A stretch of DNA of 64,000 bases from Phycisphaeraceae bacterium (GCA_963674705.1 OY771506.1:544001-608000); one strand, 5' to 3'; positions 49,695-59,715 are shown, numbered from the stretch's first letter. Numbers and translations: made by a program. The notes: generated by a model not told the origin, from the sequence alone.

Positions 49695-50360
49695 TTAGGA
49701 AGCTTTACGACGCCTGAAGGCCATGGCGCCTGCACCGGCGGCGAGCAGACCGAGCGAACCCGGTTCCGGGGTCGCACCGGCGATGATCGCGGTGTTCGGC
49801 TCGGTTTCATAAGCGAATTCATAAACCGTCACACCCTGCGGTAGCGTACCGTCCCAGAGCACCTGGACACGGACCCAACCGAAGTAGAAGTCGCTGCCGC
49901 CTTCTTCACGCAGCGCGATGGCCATGTACGAATCGACGTCACGGCCGAAACCAGGAGCAGAAGCTGCCGGCTTGAGGATGTCGTAGCCCGTGCAAACCGC
50001 TACGTTCGAGTTTTCAAACCCGATGATATCACCCACATCAAACGAACGGACGTAGTAACTGTTGCCCTTGCCGACATTGGTCAGCGCCAGGTTGTCGTGG
50101 GCGTCTACGCCACGGATAGATGCATACTGGGCACCCCACGGCACAAACCTGAACACGAAGTCGATGTCGTTGTCACGGTCGACGTTCACGTTAATCTCAT
50201 AGCCGGGTCCAATGGCCCGAGTATTCAACGTGATATCAACGATATCGGTGTGAATCACTTCTGCATCGGCCTGCTGACCGAAGGCAAACGCACCCAGGCT
50301 GGCTGCGGCGGAATAGGCCAACAGTCGCTTGGCTCGGTCTTGGCTTTCTCTCTTCTCCAT
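49695..50360 (-). CDS. PEP-CTERM protein with RLLAYSAAA leader (paralog 3)
   Basis: MEKRESQDRAKRLLAYSAAASLGAFAFG; TPEPGSLGLLAAGAGAMAFRRRK; GGAG RBS. Confidence 0.85.
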   Translation of the reverse strand: MEKRESQDRAKRLLAYSAAASLGAFAFGQQADAEVIHTDIVDITLNTRAIGPGYEINVNVDRDNDIDFVFRFVPWGAQYASIRGVDAHDNLALTNVGKGNSYYVRSFDVGDIIGFENSNVAVCTGYDILKPAASAPGFGRDVDSYMAIALREEGGSDFYFGWVRVQVLWDGTLPQGVTVYEFAYETEPNTAIIAGATPEPGSLGLLAAGAGAMAFRRRKAS

Positions 50361-50485
50361 CTTTCTCTCCAATTTAAAAATAGTAAATGTTGTTCTTGAT
50401 ACACAAGCTACGATTAAAGAGTCGGTCACTTTATGTCGAGTTGCCATCATCAACTGATGTACTCGACAATCCACATCCTACTCAA

Positions 50486-51109
50486 TCACTTACGACGCCT
50501 GAAGGCCATAGCGCCTGCACCTACTGCGAGCAGTCCGAGCGAACCGGGTTCCGGGGTGATGGCATAGTCATAGACTTCTGCATAACCTACGCCCGAGGAG
50601 ATACCATCACGGAAGTAACGCATACGGATCCAACCCCAGTCGCCATCGCTGAGCTTGATCGCCATGTAATTGTCGTTGACCAGGTCACCGAAGTTCGAGG
50701 TATTCGAGTGAGCTACCGGCAGAGTCAACGCACCAGGCACACAGTTCACATTCAAGGGGCCGATCACATCACCGTCGTTGAACGAACGGATGTAGTTGGC
50801 GTTACCCTTCAGCAGATTCGTGTACTCGTCCGCACCATTGATGGCTTCAGCACGGAATCGAACGAACCATGCCTCAGATTGCCCAAGCATTTCGAGCTTG
50901 AGGTCATCGATGCTGTCGCCATCCAGATCCAGGTAAGTTGCGCCACCATCTTCCAACAACGTGATATCCGAGATATCGACATAGTCAGAAGGGCCCGGAA
51001 GGATCGGGGCTGCCTGAGTCGTCTGCGCCATACCAAATGCACCTAAACCAGCTGCGGCCGTGTAAGCGAGCAACCTGGTGGCGCGTTCTTTACTTTCTCT
51101 CATCTCCAT
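50486..51109 (-). CDS. PEP-CTERM protein with RLLAYTAAA leader (paralog 2)
   Basis: MEMRESKERATRLLAYTAAAGLGAFG; TPEPGSLGLLAVGAGAMAFRRRK. Confidence 0.85.
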   Translation of the reverse strand: MEMRESKERATRLLAYTAAAGLGAFGMAQTTQAAPILPGPSDYVDISDITLLEDGGATYLDLDGDSIDDLKLEMLGQSEAWFVRFRAEAINGADEYTNLLKGNANYIRSFNDGDVIGPLNVNCVPGALTLPVAHSNTSNFGDLVNDNYMAIKLSDGDWGWIRMRYFRDGISSGVGYAEVYDYAITPEPGSLGLLAVGAGAMAFRRRK

Positions 51110-51273
51110 GTTTTCTCCCATCTTGTTTTGTAAATGAAGCAGTTTGAAGTGATACATCAACGTAAATAGCCGAAATTCGAACGCGTTTATTGATTAACCG
51201 ACGCTCCTTTCTAGCTCCTTCCTCAATCAATCAACCATATTCGTATCAACAGAGTTGATGCCTGGGACCGATC

Positions 51274-51301
51274 CCGCCGCCCCTCGATGGAGGGGCGGCG
51301 G
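51274..51301. other. GC-rich intergenic hairpin
   Basis: CCGCCGCCCCTC-GATG-GAGGGGCGGCGG, 12-bp perfect stem, no U-tract. Confidence 0.6.
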
Positions 51302-51320
51302 CGCGGCCAACGCTGATTAT

Positions 51321-52364
51321 TTAGTTGCGACGACGCTTGAAGCTCAACGCACCGGCGCCGGCGGCCAACAGGCCCAGAGCACCCGGTTCGGGAACGGCGG
51401 CGACGGGCGGCGTGCCGTTGTTCCAGTTGTTCAACACAAAGTCCAAGTCGGTCAGACCGACAAACCCATCACCTGACGGATCACCCTCTAACCACACGCC
51501 CGGCGTCACATTCTGGTTCCAGCGGGTCAGGATGATATCCAGGTCGTCCAAGCCGACGAAGCCGTCACCATTCAGGTCGCCATCAAGCTGCGGGCTGCCC
51601 ATATCACCTGCGATGATATCCGTGTTCACATCGGTTTCATAGGCGAAGTCGTACAGGATCATGGTACGTTCGGTGTCCCAGAAGAAGTCGTGACGTGTGA
51701 GTTTTCCGTCCGGGATCGGGAAGTTGTTTTCGTTCGCCGCGTCATGGATGATCACCTGGAACCGTACCCAGGCATAGCGCACATTACCATCGAGGTCGAC
51801 CATGCGCAGACCGGCATATTCGTTGTAGTCATAGCCGTACGAACTCGGATTGGGCGAAGGATTCCAGAACGAGTTCTGGTCCCAGCCGGGGTACTGCGAC
51901 AGCAGGCCATAAAGCCGGCCGCCGGAGGTGCCGGTCTCATCCCAGCACTGCGAGTTGCTTGGGCCGATGATGTGGCCGTCGATGAACGAACGGCAGTAGT
52001 AGGCGTTGGTCCCTCTGGTTGCCGGGGCATCCATGTCGACCTGCAGGTACGAAGCCGTGCTGACGCCAGTCACAGGCAGGCCGTACCAGTCCGAGTCAAC
52101 CGTCGTGTTGAACTGCATGGTGCCGTAGCCGCCGATGCCACCGTTTTCGGTGTTCACCAGGCGGAAGTCAAGATAGCCGTCGCCATCGACGTCAACTTCG
52201 GTATACTCACCACGCTGAATCACGATCCCACCAAGGTCGGTGTAGACCACATCAGCCAGCGCCTCAGGGGCCTGTGCTCCGAAAGCAAACGCACCAAGAC
52301 CAGCCGCCGCCGAATAACGCATCAGGCGCGAACTAGTTTCCTGATCCAACCAGCCATCTTTCAT
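51321..52364 (-). CDS. PEP-CTERM protein with RLMRYSAAA leader and dockerin-like double repeat (paralog 1)
   Basis: SRLMRYSAAAGLGAFAFG; GDLNGDGFVGLDDLD and GDPSGDGFVGLTDLD; VPEPGALGLLAAGAGALSFKRRRN. Confidence 0.85.
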   Translation of the reverse strand: MKDGWLDQETSSRLMRYSAAAGLGAFAFGAQAPEALADVVYTDLGGIVIQRGEYTEVDVDGDGYLDFRLVNTENGGIGGYGTMQFNTTVDSDWYGLPVTGVSTASYLQVDMDAPATRGTNAYYCRSFIDGHIIGPSNSQCWDETGTSGGRLYGLLSQYPGWDQNSFWNPSPNPSSYGYDYNEYAGLRMVDLDGNVRYAWVRFQVIIHDAANENNFPIPDGKLTRHDFFWDTERTMILYDFAYETDVNTDIIAGDMGSPQLDGDLNGDGFVGLDDLDIILTRWNQNVTPGVWLEGDPSGDGFVGLTDLDFVLNNWNNGTPPVAAVPEPGALGLLAAGAGALSFKRRRN

Positions 52365-52413
52365 CTGACTTCTCCTTCCTAAAGGGATGGGATAGAGACC
52401 CATTTAAAAATGA

Positions 52414-52454
52414 TAATTCACGACTAAAGTAAACTAATATGTGCCTTTTGTCAA
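52414..52454 (-). promoter_or_regulatory. Sigma70-type promoter with overlapping candidate ROK operator
   Basis: TTGACA (52449-52454)-N17-TACTTT; TAATTCACGACTAAAGTAAACTA matches the 56337/57550 core at 16/23. Confidence 0.5.
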
Positions 52455-52482
52455 GACAATTTCCGTGACTTGGCTTGCTTTA

Positions 52483-54063
52483 TCATCCTTTTTTAACTGC
52501 CGTTAGAGCCTTCGGCGTAACACCCGTAAAAATAATAGGACTCGAAACTGACTTGAACTTCATCTTGCCATCACGACGCGATAATCGACGCGAAAAATCA
52601 TCAAAATTCTTTGACTCACGCGGCGACCACAAGGCTTCACTCAATGCCGCCAAACGAGGCATGACGTGTGACTCCAACTTGGCTTCATTCGGGATGAATT
52701 CAGTCCAGACCGGCGCCTCCCCACCAAGCACCAACTCACTCGCCGCCGGCTCACCCGCTTCACGGGCCGGATCAAAATCATAGATCTTGTCCAACGGCAG
52801 AACCGGCATCCACTTGGGCATGCGCTTCTGCATCTCTTCCGTCCACGGGTAATCCAGGTACACCCATTCGTGGGTTGAATTGATGATGGACCGACCTTCG
52901 CTGATCGCTTTTGCCGATTGATCCGGGTGCCAACCCTGAATGATCTGGTTCTCGGGGATGCCCACATCCAGTTTTTCCGCCCAACCGATCGATTGCCTGC
53001 CTAAATCATACCTCACAAAATCCGCAATGTGAGACATGAACCACACGTGCAGCGCGTCCTCATCCGGGACGCCCATCTGCTTCATGCGGGCCTGGCAGTG
53101 AGGACACTCACTCCAGACACCCGAAGGCCTTTCATCGCCGCCGACATGGATGTAAGGCGTGTCAAATACCTCAACAACCTCACACAGAATATCTTTGATG
53201 AATTCAAGCGTCTGGTCTTTACCCACGCAGAAAGGCAGCCGTCCGTCTACCTGCGTAAAAGCATTCCAGCCATCCTCACCGATCTTGATCGGATCACCCT
53301 TGCAAGATAGATACGGATACGCATGCAGCGCCGCGTTGCAGTGGCCGGGCATCTCGATCTCAGGCACGACGGTAATCCCACGCGCCTTCGCGTAGGCCAC
53401 GACCTCACGCGCCTGGTCTTTGGTATAGAACCCGCCGTAGCGTTTGCCGTCCTGCACACGCCAAGCCGAGACTTCCGTCAGCAACGGGTACTTATCAATC
53501 TGCAGCCGCCACGACTCATCATCACACAGATGCCAGTGGAAGCGATTGAGCTTCAACGCCGCCATCCGGTCGATCCACTTCTTGATCAGTTCGACATCCT
53601 GATAATGTCGCGCCGAATCAAGCATGAAACCGCGCCAGACAAAGCGGGGCCGATCCTTGATACGCACGCACGGCAGGTGCCGACCGTCACCGTTATTCCT
53701 CGGATCAGCTTCCGATAGATCAAACAACTGAACCAGCGACTCGGTCGCGTAGTACGCCCCGCGGGAATCAGAAGCATAGATCGTGATCATGTCCGCCTTG
53801 ACCGTCAGCAGATAGCCTTCTTCACCCAGCTCGGTCTTGCCCGGATCGATCACGATCACAACAGAGCCGATAGGCGCCGCGGAGCTGTCCAGATCACCCA
53901 GCCAGTCACAGTTACTGTCTTGGAGTTCCAGCCGTTCAGCTAATTGTTCACCGATCCAGCGCGCATGCTGATCATCATGCCGAGTCGCCAGACAAACCTT
54001 GCTGGTTGGCCTGAGGCGGAAGTCACCCGGAATCGTTTCTTGAACAGCTGGCTTTGGAATCAT
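52483..54063 (-). CDS. GH20 beta-N-acetylhexosaminidase
   Basis: WRGFMLDSARH, HWHLCDD, PEIEMPGH, IHVGGDE, GGEAPVWTE; no signal peptide. Confidence 0.93.
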   Translation of the reverse strand: MIPKPAVQETIPGDFRLRPTSKVCLATRHDDQHARWIGEQLAERLELQDSNCDWLGDLDSSAAPIGSVVIVIDPGKTELGEEGYLLTVKADMITIYASDSRGAYYATESLVQLFDLSEADPRNNGDGRHLPCVRIKDRPRFVWRGFMLDSARHYQDVELIKKWIDRMAALKLNRFHWHLCDDESWRLQIDKYPLLTEVSAWRVQDGKRYGGFYTKDQAREVVAYAKARGITVVPEIEMPGHCNAALHAYPYLSCKGDPIKIGEDGWNAFTQVDGRLPFCVGKDQTLEFIKDILCEVVEVFDTPYIHVGGDERPSGVWSECPHCQARMKQMGVPDEDALHVWFMSHIADFVRYDLGRQSIGWAEKLDVGIPENQIIQGWHPDQSAKAISEGRSIINSTHEWVYLDYPWTEEMQKRMPKWMPVLPLDKIYDFDPAREAGEPAASELVLGGEAPVWTEFIPNEAKLESHVMPRLAALSEALWSPRESKNFDDFSRRLSRRDGKMKFKSVSSPIIFTGVTPKALTAVKKG

Positions 54064-54131
54064 GGTGCAAACCTGTATGCACATACACTCAGTCTAGGCC
54101 GGATTCCGAATCCAGCCCGAGCTTTGTGACT

Positions 54132-55388
54132 TTAACTCTTGTAGTACCGGGTATCTTCTCCCGCACCTTCCGGAATCGTGCCATTGGAACTTTGTAAACG
54201 CGACAACACACTCTCATCCAGGCTCAGCATCGCCGCATCGATCGCCGCGATCGCCGCACCCACCGAAACACCGCGGTCCTGATACGTCGACGGAAGCACA
54301 TGGATCTCTCTGCCTGGCGCCTGCAGCAACCGCTTGTTCATCTCGGCCTGGATACGCTCGATGAGCTTCGTATTCGAGATTCGGGCGTTGCCACCGAGGA
54401 TCACCGCCTTGGGATCGATCAGGTCGGCTATCGCCGCCATCGTCGTGGACAGCCGAACCGCCAACTGCCCCAGGTTATCGGTGATCGGGGCGTCCTCTCG
54501 ATCCATCAACAACAATTCCTCGGCCGACACACGCATGCGCTCTTCGGTCTGCAGCAGCAGGTCGATTTCACCGGCCGCAAAGTGCGATCCGCGACGCAGC
54601 CTGCCGTTCAGATACAACGATGAACCCAGGCTGCTGATGCGGTAGCTGTCGCCGTCGGTCATCACATTCATCAGGAAGAAGATGAAGTCAAGATGGTCCT
54701 GGGCGCTGCCGACCTGCGCCTCGGCGTGGGCCGCAAAATTCACGTCGTTATCGATGTAGGCATTAACCTTAAAGTGCTTCTTGATCAGCTTGGCCAGTTG
54801 AAAGTCACTGATGTGGTAGGCGGTCGACCGCATCACGACGCCGGCCTCCGGGTCCACCATGCCGGGGATGCCCATGCCGATGCTCAGCAACCGGCCGATC
54901 TCACTTCCCTTACGCTTGGCCCAGGAATCAACGTGCTCTTTCAAGAGCTTGATTGTTTCGTTGATGTCTGCGGTCACCTCGAACTGATCTCGATCGATCA
55001 TGTTCCGCGAGGCATCCACATAAGCCAACGACGCCAAGTCACCACCCAGACCGACGCCCACGCTCCATCCCAGATTCGGATTCACCTCAACCAGGATCTG
55101 CTTTCGGCCAACACTCTGCGACGCCACCTTGCCCACCGTACGTACGATCTTGTTCTGGATCAGGTCACGTACGATGTAGGTAATCGTCGAGGTCCGAAGC
55201 CCGGTGATCTCCGACAATTGACTCCTCGTCAACGGCCCTTCGTGCAGCAGCTTCAACACGAGACGACGATTGTGAATCGAGGCCCGCGGATGGCTGCCCC
55301 GGCTGTGGTCCGAAAAGTTCAAGGGGTCTTTCATTGGGCTTACACTTCTAATGGCTTCTTCGGTCTTACCCACATACGAGCGGGACAT
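54132..55388 (-). CDS. ROK family transcriptional repressor
   Basis: N-terminal HTH TRSQLSEITGLRTSTIT; GIPGMVD, IDNDVNFAA, AGEI. Confidence 0.9.
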   Translation of the reverse strand: MSRSYVGKTEEAIRSVSPMKDPLNFSDHSRGSHPRASIHNRRLVLKLLHEGPLTRSQLSEITGLRTSTITYIVRDLIQNKIVRTVGKVASQSVGRKQILVEVNPNLGWSVGVGLGGDLASLAYVDASRNMIDRDQFEVTADINETIKLLKEHVDSWAKRKGSEIGRLLSIGMGIPGMVDPEAGVVMRSTAYHISDFQLAKLIKKHFKVNAYIDNDVNFAAHAEAQVGSAQDHLDFIFFLMNVMTDGDSYRISSLGSSLYLNGRLRRGSHFAAGEIDLLLQTEERMRVSAEELLLMDREDAPITDNLGQLAVRLSTTMAAIADLIDPKAVILGGNARISNTKLIERIQAEMNKRLLQAPGREIHVLPSTYQDRGVSVGAAIAAIDAAMLSLDESVLSRLQSSNGTIPEGAGEDTRYYKS

Positions 55389-55421
55389 CGCAACAAATGT
55401 ACCCGCCCAACAGCTCCATAC

Positions 55422-56228
55422 TCACTTCTCAGGCCACTTCTTGTCAATATTGTCAAAACGCAGGTGCTTGTATGAGAACTCTTCACCGGTCATGGTGTCA
55501 ACGTGGCCGTCGAGGTATGCGTGGTTGCCGCCGCCACCCTGGTGCCGTTCGGGGTCGGGCCGGACGTTCTCCCAATAACTTTCCTCAAATGCACTGCTCA
55601 CAAAGTACCTGTCGTCGTGGCCATTGGAGAAGGGCTGCTGGTTCACGGTGCGGTGACCGGACGAATCATAGAACGTGGTGTACTGGGCCGGGTTCTTGAC
55701 CGCCAGACAGCTATCACCTGCCCACAGTTCGACCGTGTAATTGGGCTCGGGATACAAAGGTGCAATCAACACCCACTTCTTACCCGCCACGCGCCGCGAA
55801 GCCGTGGAATCAGATGTAATGTTTGCCGGGCCATGCCAGGTCAGGTCAGAGTTCATGAAGTAGCTGCCGCCGACCTCAACCGTTTCAGAGATATCCCCGT
55901 TATCCAGCGGCTCGGCATCATCCGGGCAGATCAGCGTGCAGTCTTCCAGATTGCCGCCACCGGAAGGGTTGATGATTTCGTTGGGGTACCGGTTCTGGAA
56001 GAGCCAGGGGAATCGGTTGCCACGGGCCGTGTGCCACATGGCGAGCTGATCGCTGTCGTTCAGCCAGAACTCGTAAGTCGTGGCGACCTGTTTCAGCTTG
56101 ACCTTGCACTTGAGGCTTCGCGCAGCCCCTCGTGCGGCACCAAGAGCAGGCAAGAGGATACCCACCAAGAGCGCGATGATGGAGATAACCACCAATAACT
56201 CGATCAGTGTGAATGCTTTACGTTTCAT
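55422..56228 (-). CDS. Prepilin-type/H-X9-DG protein (DUF1559-like), copy B
   Basis: [33 protein letters not shown]. Confidence 0.9.
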   Translation of the reverse strand: MKRKAFTLIELLVVISIIALLVGILLPALGAARGAARSLKCKVKLKQVATTYEFWLNDSDQLAMWHTARGNRFPWLFQNRYPNEIINPSGGGNLEDCTLICPDDAEPLDNGDISETVEVGGSYFMNSDLTWHGPANITSDSTASRRVAGKKWVLIAPLYPEPNYTVELWAGDSCLAVKNPAQYTTFYDSSGHRTVNQQPFSNGHDDRYFVSSAFEESYWENVRPDPERHQGGGGNHAYLDGHVDTMTGEEFSYKHLRFDNIDKKWPEK

Positions 56229-56304
56229 GTTCTCAGACCTTGTAATTCGGCTCCAAGAGGTGGGGCTGGCATCCAACCCTCAAGTATGACCTCTAACAAT
56301 TATG

Positions 56305-56365
56305 ATGCTAATCCGGCTCAATACAATTGTCAATATTAATTTTCTACTTTAATAAATTAATTGAC
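56305..56365 (-). promoter_or_regulatory. Promoter + candidate ROK operator, copy B
   Basis: TTGACA-N17-TAGCAT on minus strand; palindrome ATTAATTTTCTACTTTAATAAATTAAT at 56335-56361. Confidence 0.7.
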
Positions 56366-56617
56366 CAGCCGAGCCGTTTCCTTTGCAAATCCCGATTTGC
56401 ATGTGATGAACACTGTTCAAAGGCCCCTGATTTCAAGTGCCTTCACGATATTCTTTTTTATTGATGTCTACCGAAAAGATGCCCGCTGGGCCCAGCACAA
56501 ATTCCCGATCTGGCACCCCGATTGACACAATCATCCAGTCGCCGCCCGTAACGGCCCTCGCAGCCGCGAACCAGTCGTGACGATGAGAGCCGACGAGACG
56601 AATTGCTTCAGAACTAC

Positions 56618-57442
56618 TTACTCACTGGTGCTACCGGTGTTGGTTTGCTCATCAATATTGTCCCAACGCAGATGCTTCCAGGAGAATTCCGCACCGGTCA
56701 ACGTCTCCACGTGACCGTCAAGGAAGGCGTGGTTGCCACCGCCACCCTGGTGGCGGTTGGGATCGGGACTGATCTGGGTCCGCAATGTTTCTTCCGGATA
56801 ATTCGCACTGACAAAGTACCGGTCCGGATAGCCGTTTGAGTTCGGTGTATGGACGACACTTCGGTGACCCGAGGAATCATAGAAAGTGGTGTATTGCGAG
56901 GGATTCTTGACCTGCATGGTCGAATCGCCCGCCCACAACTCGACGGTGACGTTAGGCTCATCATCCATCGTTGTCGGGGGAATCTTCACCCACTTGCCGG
57001 CCACACGATAACGGTCCACCATATTCGCCGCTACATGTCCCGGACCGTGCCAGGACAAGTCGGAGTTGATGTAGTAGCTGCCACCCAGATATACCGTCGC
57101 CTCGACATCACCGTTATCCAACGGCTCCGCATCGTCGGGGCAGATCAGCGTGCACTGGTTCAAGTCGCCATTCTCACCAACCATGGCGATCTCACCCGGA
57201 TACCGGTTGACCATGAACCAAGGCCAACGGTTACCACGGGCCACATGCCATAGGGCAAGCTGGTCGCTGTCGTTCAGCCAGAACTCGTAAGTCGTGGCGA
57301 CCTGCTTCAGCTTGACCTTGCATTTGAGGCTTCGTGCAGCTCCTCGTGCGGCGCCAAGAGCGGGCAACAAGATACCCACCAATAGCGCAATGATGGAAAT
57401 AACCACCAATAACTCAATTAGTGTGAATGCTTTACGTTTCAT
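56618..57442 (-). CDS. Prepilin-type/H-X9-DG protein (DUF1559-like), copy A
   Basis: N-terminus essentially identical to copy [16 protein letters not shown]. Confidence 0.9.
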   Translation of the reverse strand: MKRKAFTLIELLVVISIIALLVGILLPALGAARGAARSLKCKVKLKQVATTYEFWLNDSDQLALWHVARGNRWPWFMVNRYPGEIAMVGENGDLNQCTLICPDDAEPLDNGDVEATVYLGGSYYINSDLSWHGPGHVAANMVDRYRVAGKWVKIPPTTMDDEPNVTVELWAGDSTMQVKNPSQYTTFYDSSGHRSVVHTPNSNGYPDRYFVSANYPEETLRTQISPDPNRHQGGGGNHAFLDGHVETLTGAEFSWKHLRWDNIDEQTNTGSTSE

Positions 57443-57517
57443 ATTCTCCAACCTTGTTGTTCGGCTCCAGAAACAGAGCTGGTATCTCATCCTCAAATAT
57501 GTACTCCAACAAACATG

Positions 57518-57602
57518 ATGCTAATACGGCAACATGTATATGTCAACATTAATTTTCTACTTTAATAAATTAATTGACTCGCCGGCCTGGATCCGGTATA
57601 AA
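57518..57602. promoter_or_regulatory. Back-to-back divergent promoters around candidate ROK operator, copy A
   Basis: Minus TTGACA-N17-TAGCAT; plus TTGACT(57574)-N17-TATAAA(57597); operator 57548-57574. Confidence 0.7.
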
Positions 57603-57609
57603 TCCCGCT

Positions 57610-58641
57610 ATGCACACAATAAACATCATCCGTCGAACGCTGAAATCAGCTATCTCTTTCACATTTGTTATCTCTTGCCTGCTGATATTCTGTCAGCAGA
57701 GCCCGGCTCAAACCTCCGACCAGAATCCCCCAATGACCCAGACATCAAATACTTTCGATCCTTACCAGCTTTCCAACATCCAGGGGATGTGGGTCTGGCG
57801 CGCTTCATGGATCGATACCGACCAGGCCCAGGATCAGTTACTCGACTTCTGCCAGAAGTACGGGTTCAACCGCATCCTCATGCAGATCCATCCCGACAAT
57901 GATGCCGAGTCCTACACGCTTCGTCTGCCCGACGAACTCGCAAGACTCATCCGTGAAGCAACCAAACGCGGGATCGCGGTCGAAGCGCTAGACGGCGCTA
58001 AGGACATGGCGCTTGCTGAAAACCACGAAAAGTCGCTCAACATGCTCGACGTGCTGATCGACTTCAATCAGTCGCTGCCCGAAGGTGAACGCTTCGTCGC
58101 CATCCACTACGACATCGAACCCTATATCCTCCCGCAGTGGAAAGCCGCCGGCGAATCGCGCCTCGTCGTCATGCAGGACCTGCTCGACTACTACACCAAA
58201 GTCCGCAAGAAACTCGACGAGCGCGGCTCAAAGATGCTGCTCGCCGCCGACATCCCCATGTGGTACGACGCGAAGACCGACCCGAAAGATAGCTGTGTCC
58301 TTGAGTTCAACGGCCAGACTAAAAACCTGCATCAACACATCCAGGACATCTGCGACTACGTCGGCATCATGTCCTACCGCACAAGTGCGCTGGGCCCCAA
58401 CTCGGTTTCACAACACATCGAAAGCGAACTGGCGTACGCCGAGAAAATCAACAAGAAGATCTGTGCCGCGCTGGAAACCATCGAACTCAAAGATACGCCG
58501 CAGATCACCTTCTATGATTCAGAACCCGATACCTTCTGGAAAGAAGTCGATCTGCTTCAGACCAAGTACAAGAACCGCAAGGGCTACGCAGGCATCCTGA
58601 TCCATTGCTACCGGGGCCTGCGCGATCTGTTGCCCGAATAA
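57610..58641 (+). CDS. Secreted uncharacterised HxDxEP protein (putative glycoside hydrolase)
   Basis: Signal peptide; GMWVW, EALDG, IHYDIEPY, ADIPMWYD, GIMSYRT, ALET. Confidence 0.85.
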   Translation: MHTINIIRRTLKSAISFTFVISCLLIFCQQSPAQTSDQNPPMTQTSNTFDPYQLSNIQGMWVWRASWIDTDQAQDQLLDFCQKYGFNRILMQIHPDNDAESYTLRLPDELARLIREATKRGIAVEALDGAKDMALAENHEKSLNMLDVLIDFNQSLPEGERFVAIHYDIEPYILPQWKAAGESRLVVMQDLLDYYTKVRKKLDERGSKMLLAADIPMWYDAKTDPKDSCVLEFNGQTKNLHQHIQDICDYVGIMSYRTSALGPNSVSQHIESELAYAEKINKKICAALETIELKDTPQITFYDSEPDTFWKEVDLLQTKYKNRKGYAGILIHCYRGLRDLLPE

Positions 58642-58695
58642 TATTTCGATCCGTCACATAACATCACGATTCACTTTTTCGCACACGGAAACATC

Positions 58696-59715
58696 ATGAC
58701 ACGTTACTCTATCCTGCATCTTTGTCTGTTCCTGATGGGCATCACGATCTTCCTGGGCGGCTGCAGCCAAACGCCTAAAGCGACTGGCAAAAGTGGATGT
58801 CAATGCAAATGCTCTACCCCCGGCATCCCCGATGAAATCCGCGGCGTATGGGTCTGGAAAGACATCGTCGTCAAAACCGACAAAGAACAGGACCGCCTGC
58901 TCGACTTCTGCCAGCGCCACGACATCAACCTGCTCCTGATGCAGGTCCACCAGATCGACAAAGAGACCGATCCGAAGATCGCTTATCCCGACAAACTCGC
59001 CCGCTTGATCCGTGAAGCCGCCAAGCGCGGGATCGTCGTCGAAGCGCTCGACGGCGCAAAAGACATGGCCATGGCCGAGAACCAGGAAAACACACTGGCG
59101 ATCCTCGACATGATCATCACGTTCAACCAGTCGCTGCCGAAGGGCGAGCGTTTCGTCGCCGTCCACTACGACATCGAGCCTTACCTCTTACCCGGCTGGA
59201 AGGAAAGCCAGGAATCACGCAACGTGATCATGCGCGACCTGCTCGATTACTACAGCAAGGCCCGCAAGAAACTCGACGAGCGGGGCTCCGAAATGCTGCT
59301 GGCCTGTGATATCCCGATGTGGTACGACGTCAAGACAGAACCGGGCGACTCGTGCATCATTGAATACAACGGCCAAACCAAGAACCTGCACATGCACATC
59401 CAGGACATCTGCGACTACATCGGCATCATGTCCTACCGTACCCACGCCGTAGGCAAAAACTCCATCACCGATATGGTTGATAACGAAATGACATATGCCG
59501 AGAGCCTCGGCAAGAAAGTCTGCGCCGCGTTTGAAGTCAGTAAACTGGAAAACACGCCGCAGATCAGTTTCTACGGCTGGGAACCCGACAAATTCCTTGA
59601 ACAGTATAACCTGACACGCTCGACGCTCGCCAACCGTCCGGGTTACGGCGGCGTGTTGATCCAATCCGTCCGCGCCCTGCGCGCCATGCTCGAGAACGAA
59701 CCGTTACCCGAGTAA
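58696..59715 (+). CDS. Lipoprotein paralog of 57610..58641
   Basis: LGGC lipobox; same motifs VHYDIEPY, DIPMWYD, NGQTKNLH, GIMSYRT. Confidence 0.85.
   Translation: MTRYSILHLCLFLMGITIFLGGCSQTPKATGKSGCQCKCSTPGIPDEIRGVWVWKDIVVKTDKEQDRLLDFCQRHDINLLLMQVHQIDKETDPKIAYPDKLARLIREAAKRGIVVEALDGAKDMAMAENQENTLAILDMIITFNQSLPKGERFVAVHYDIEPYLLPGWKESQESRNVIMRDLLDYYSKARKKLDERGSEMLLACDIPMWYDVKTEPGDSCIIEYNGQTKNLHMHIQDICDYIGIMSYRTHAVGKNSITDMVDNEMTYAESLGKKVCAAFEVSKLENTPQISFYGWEPDKFLEQYNLTRSTLANRPGYGGVLIQSVRALRAMLENEPLPE

Noticed and set aside
55422..57442. Diversity-generating retroelement template/variable repeat pair
   Set aside because: No reverse transcriptase seen; both copies are full genes and differences are not adenine-specific
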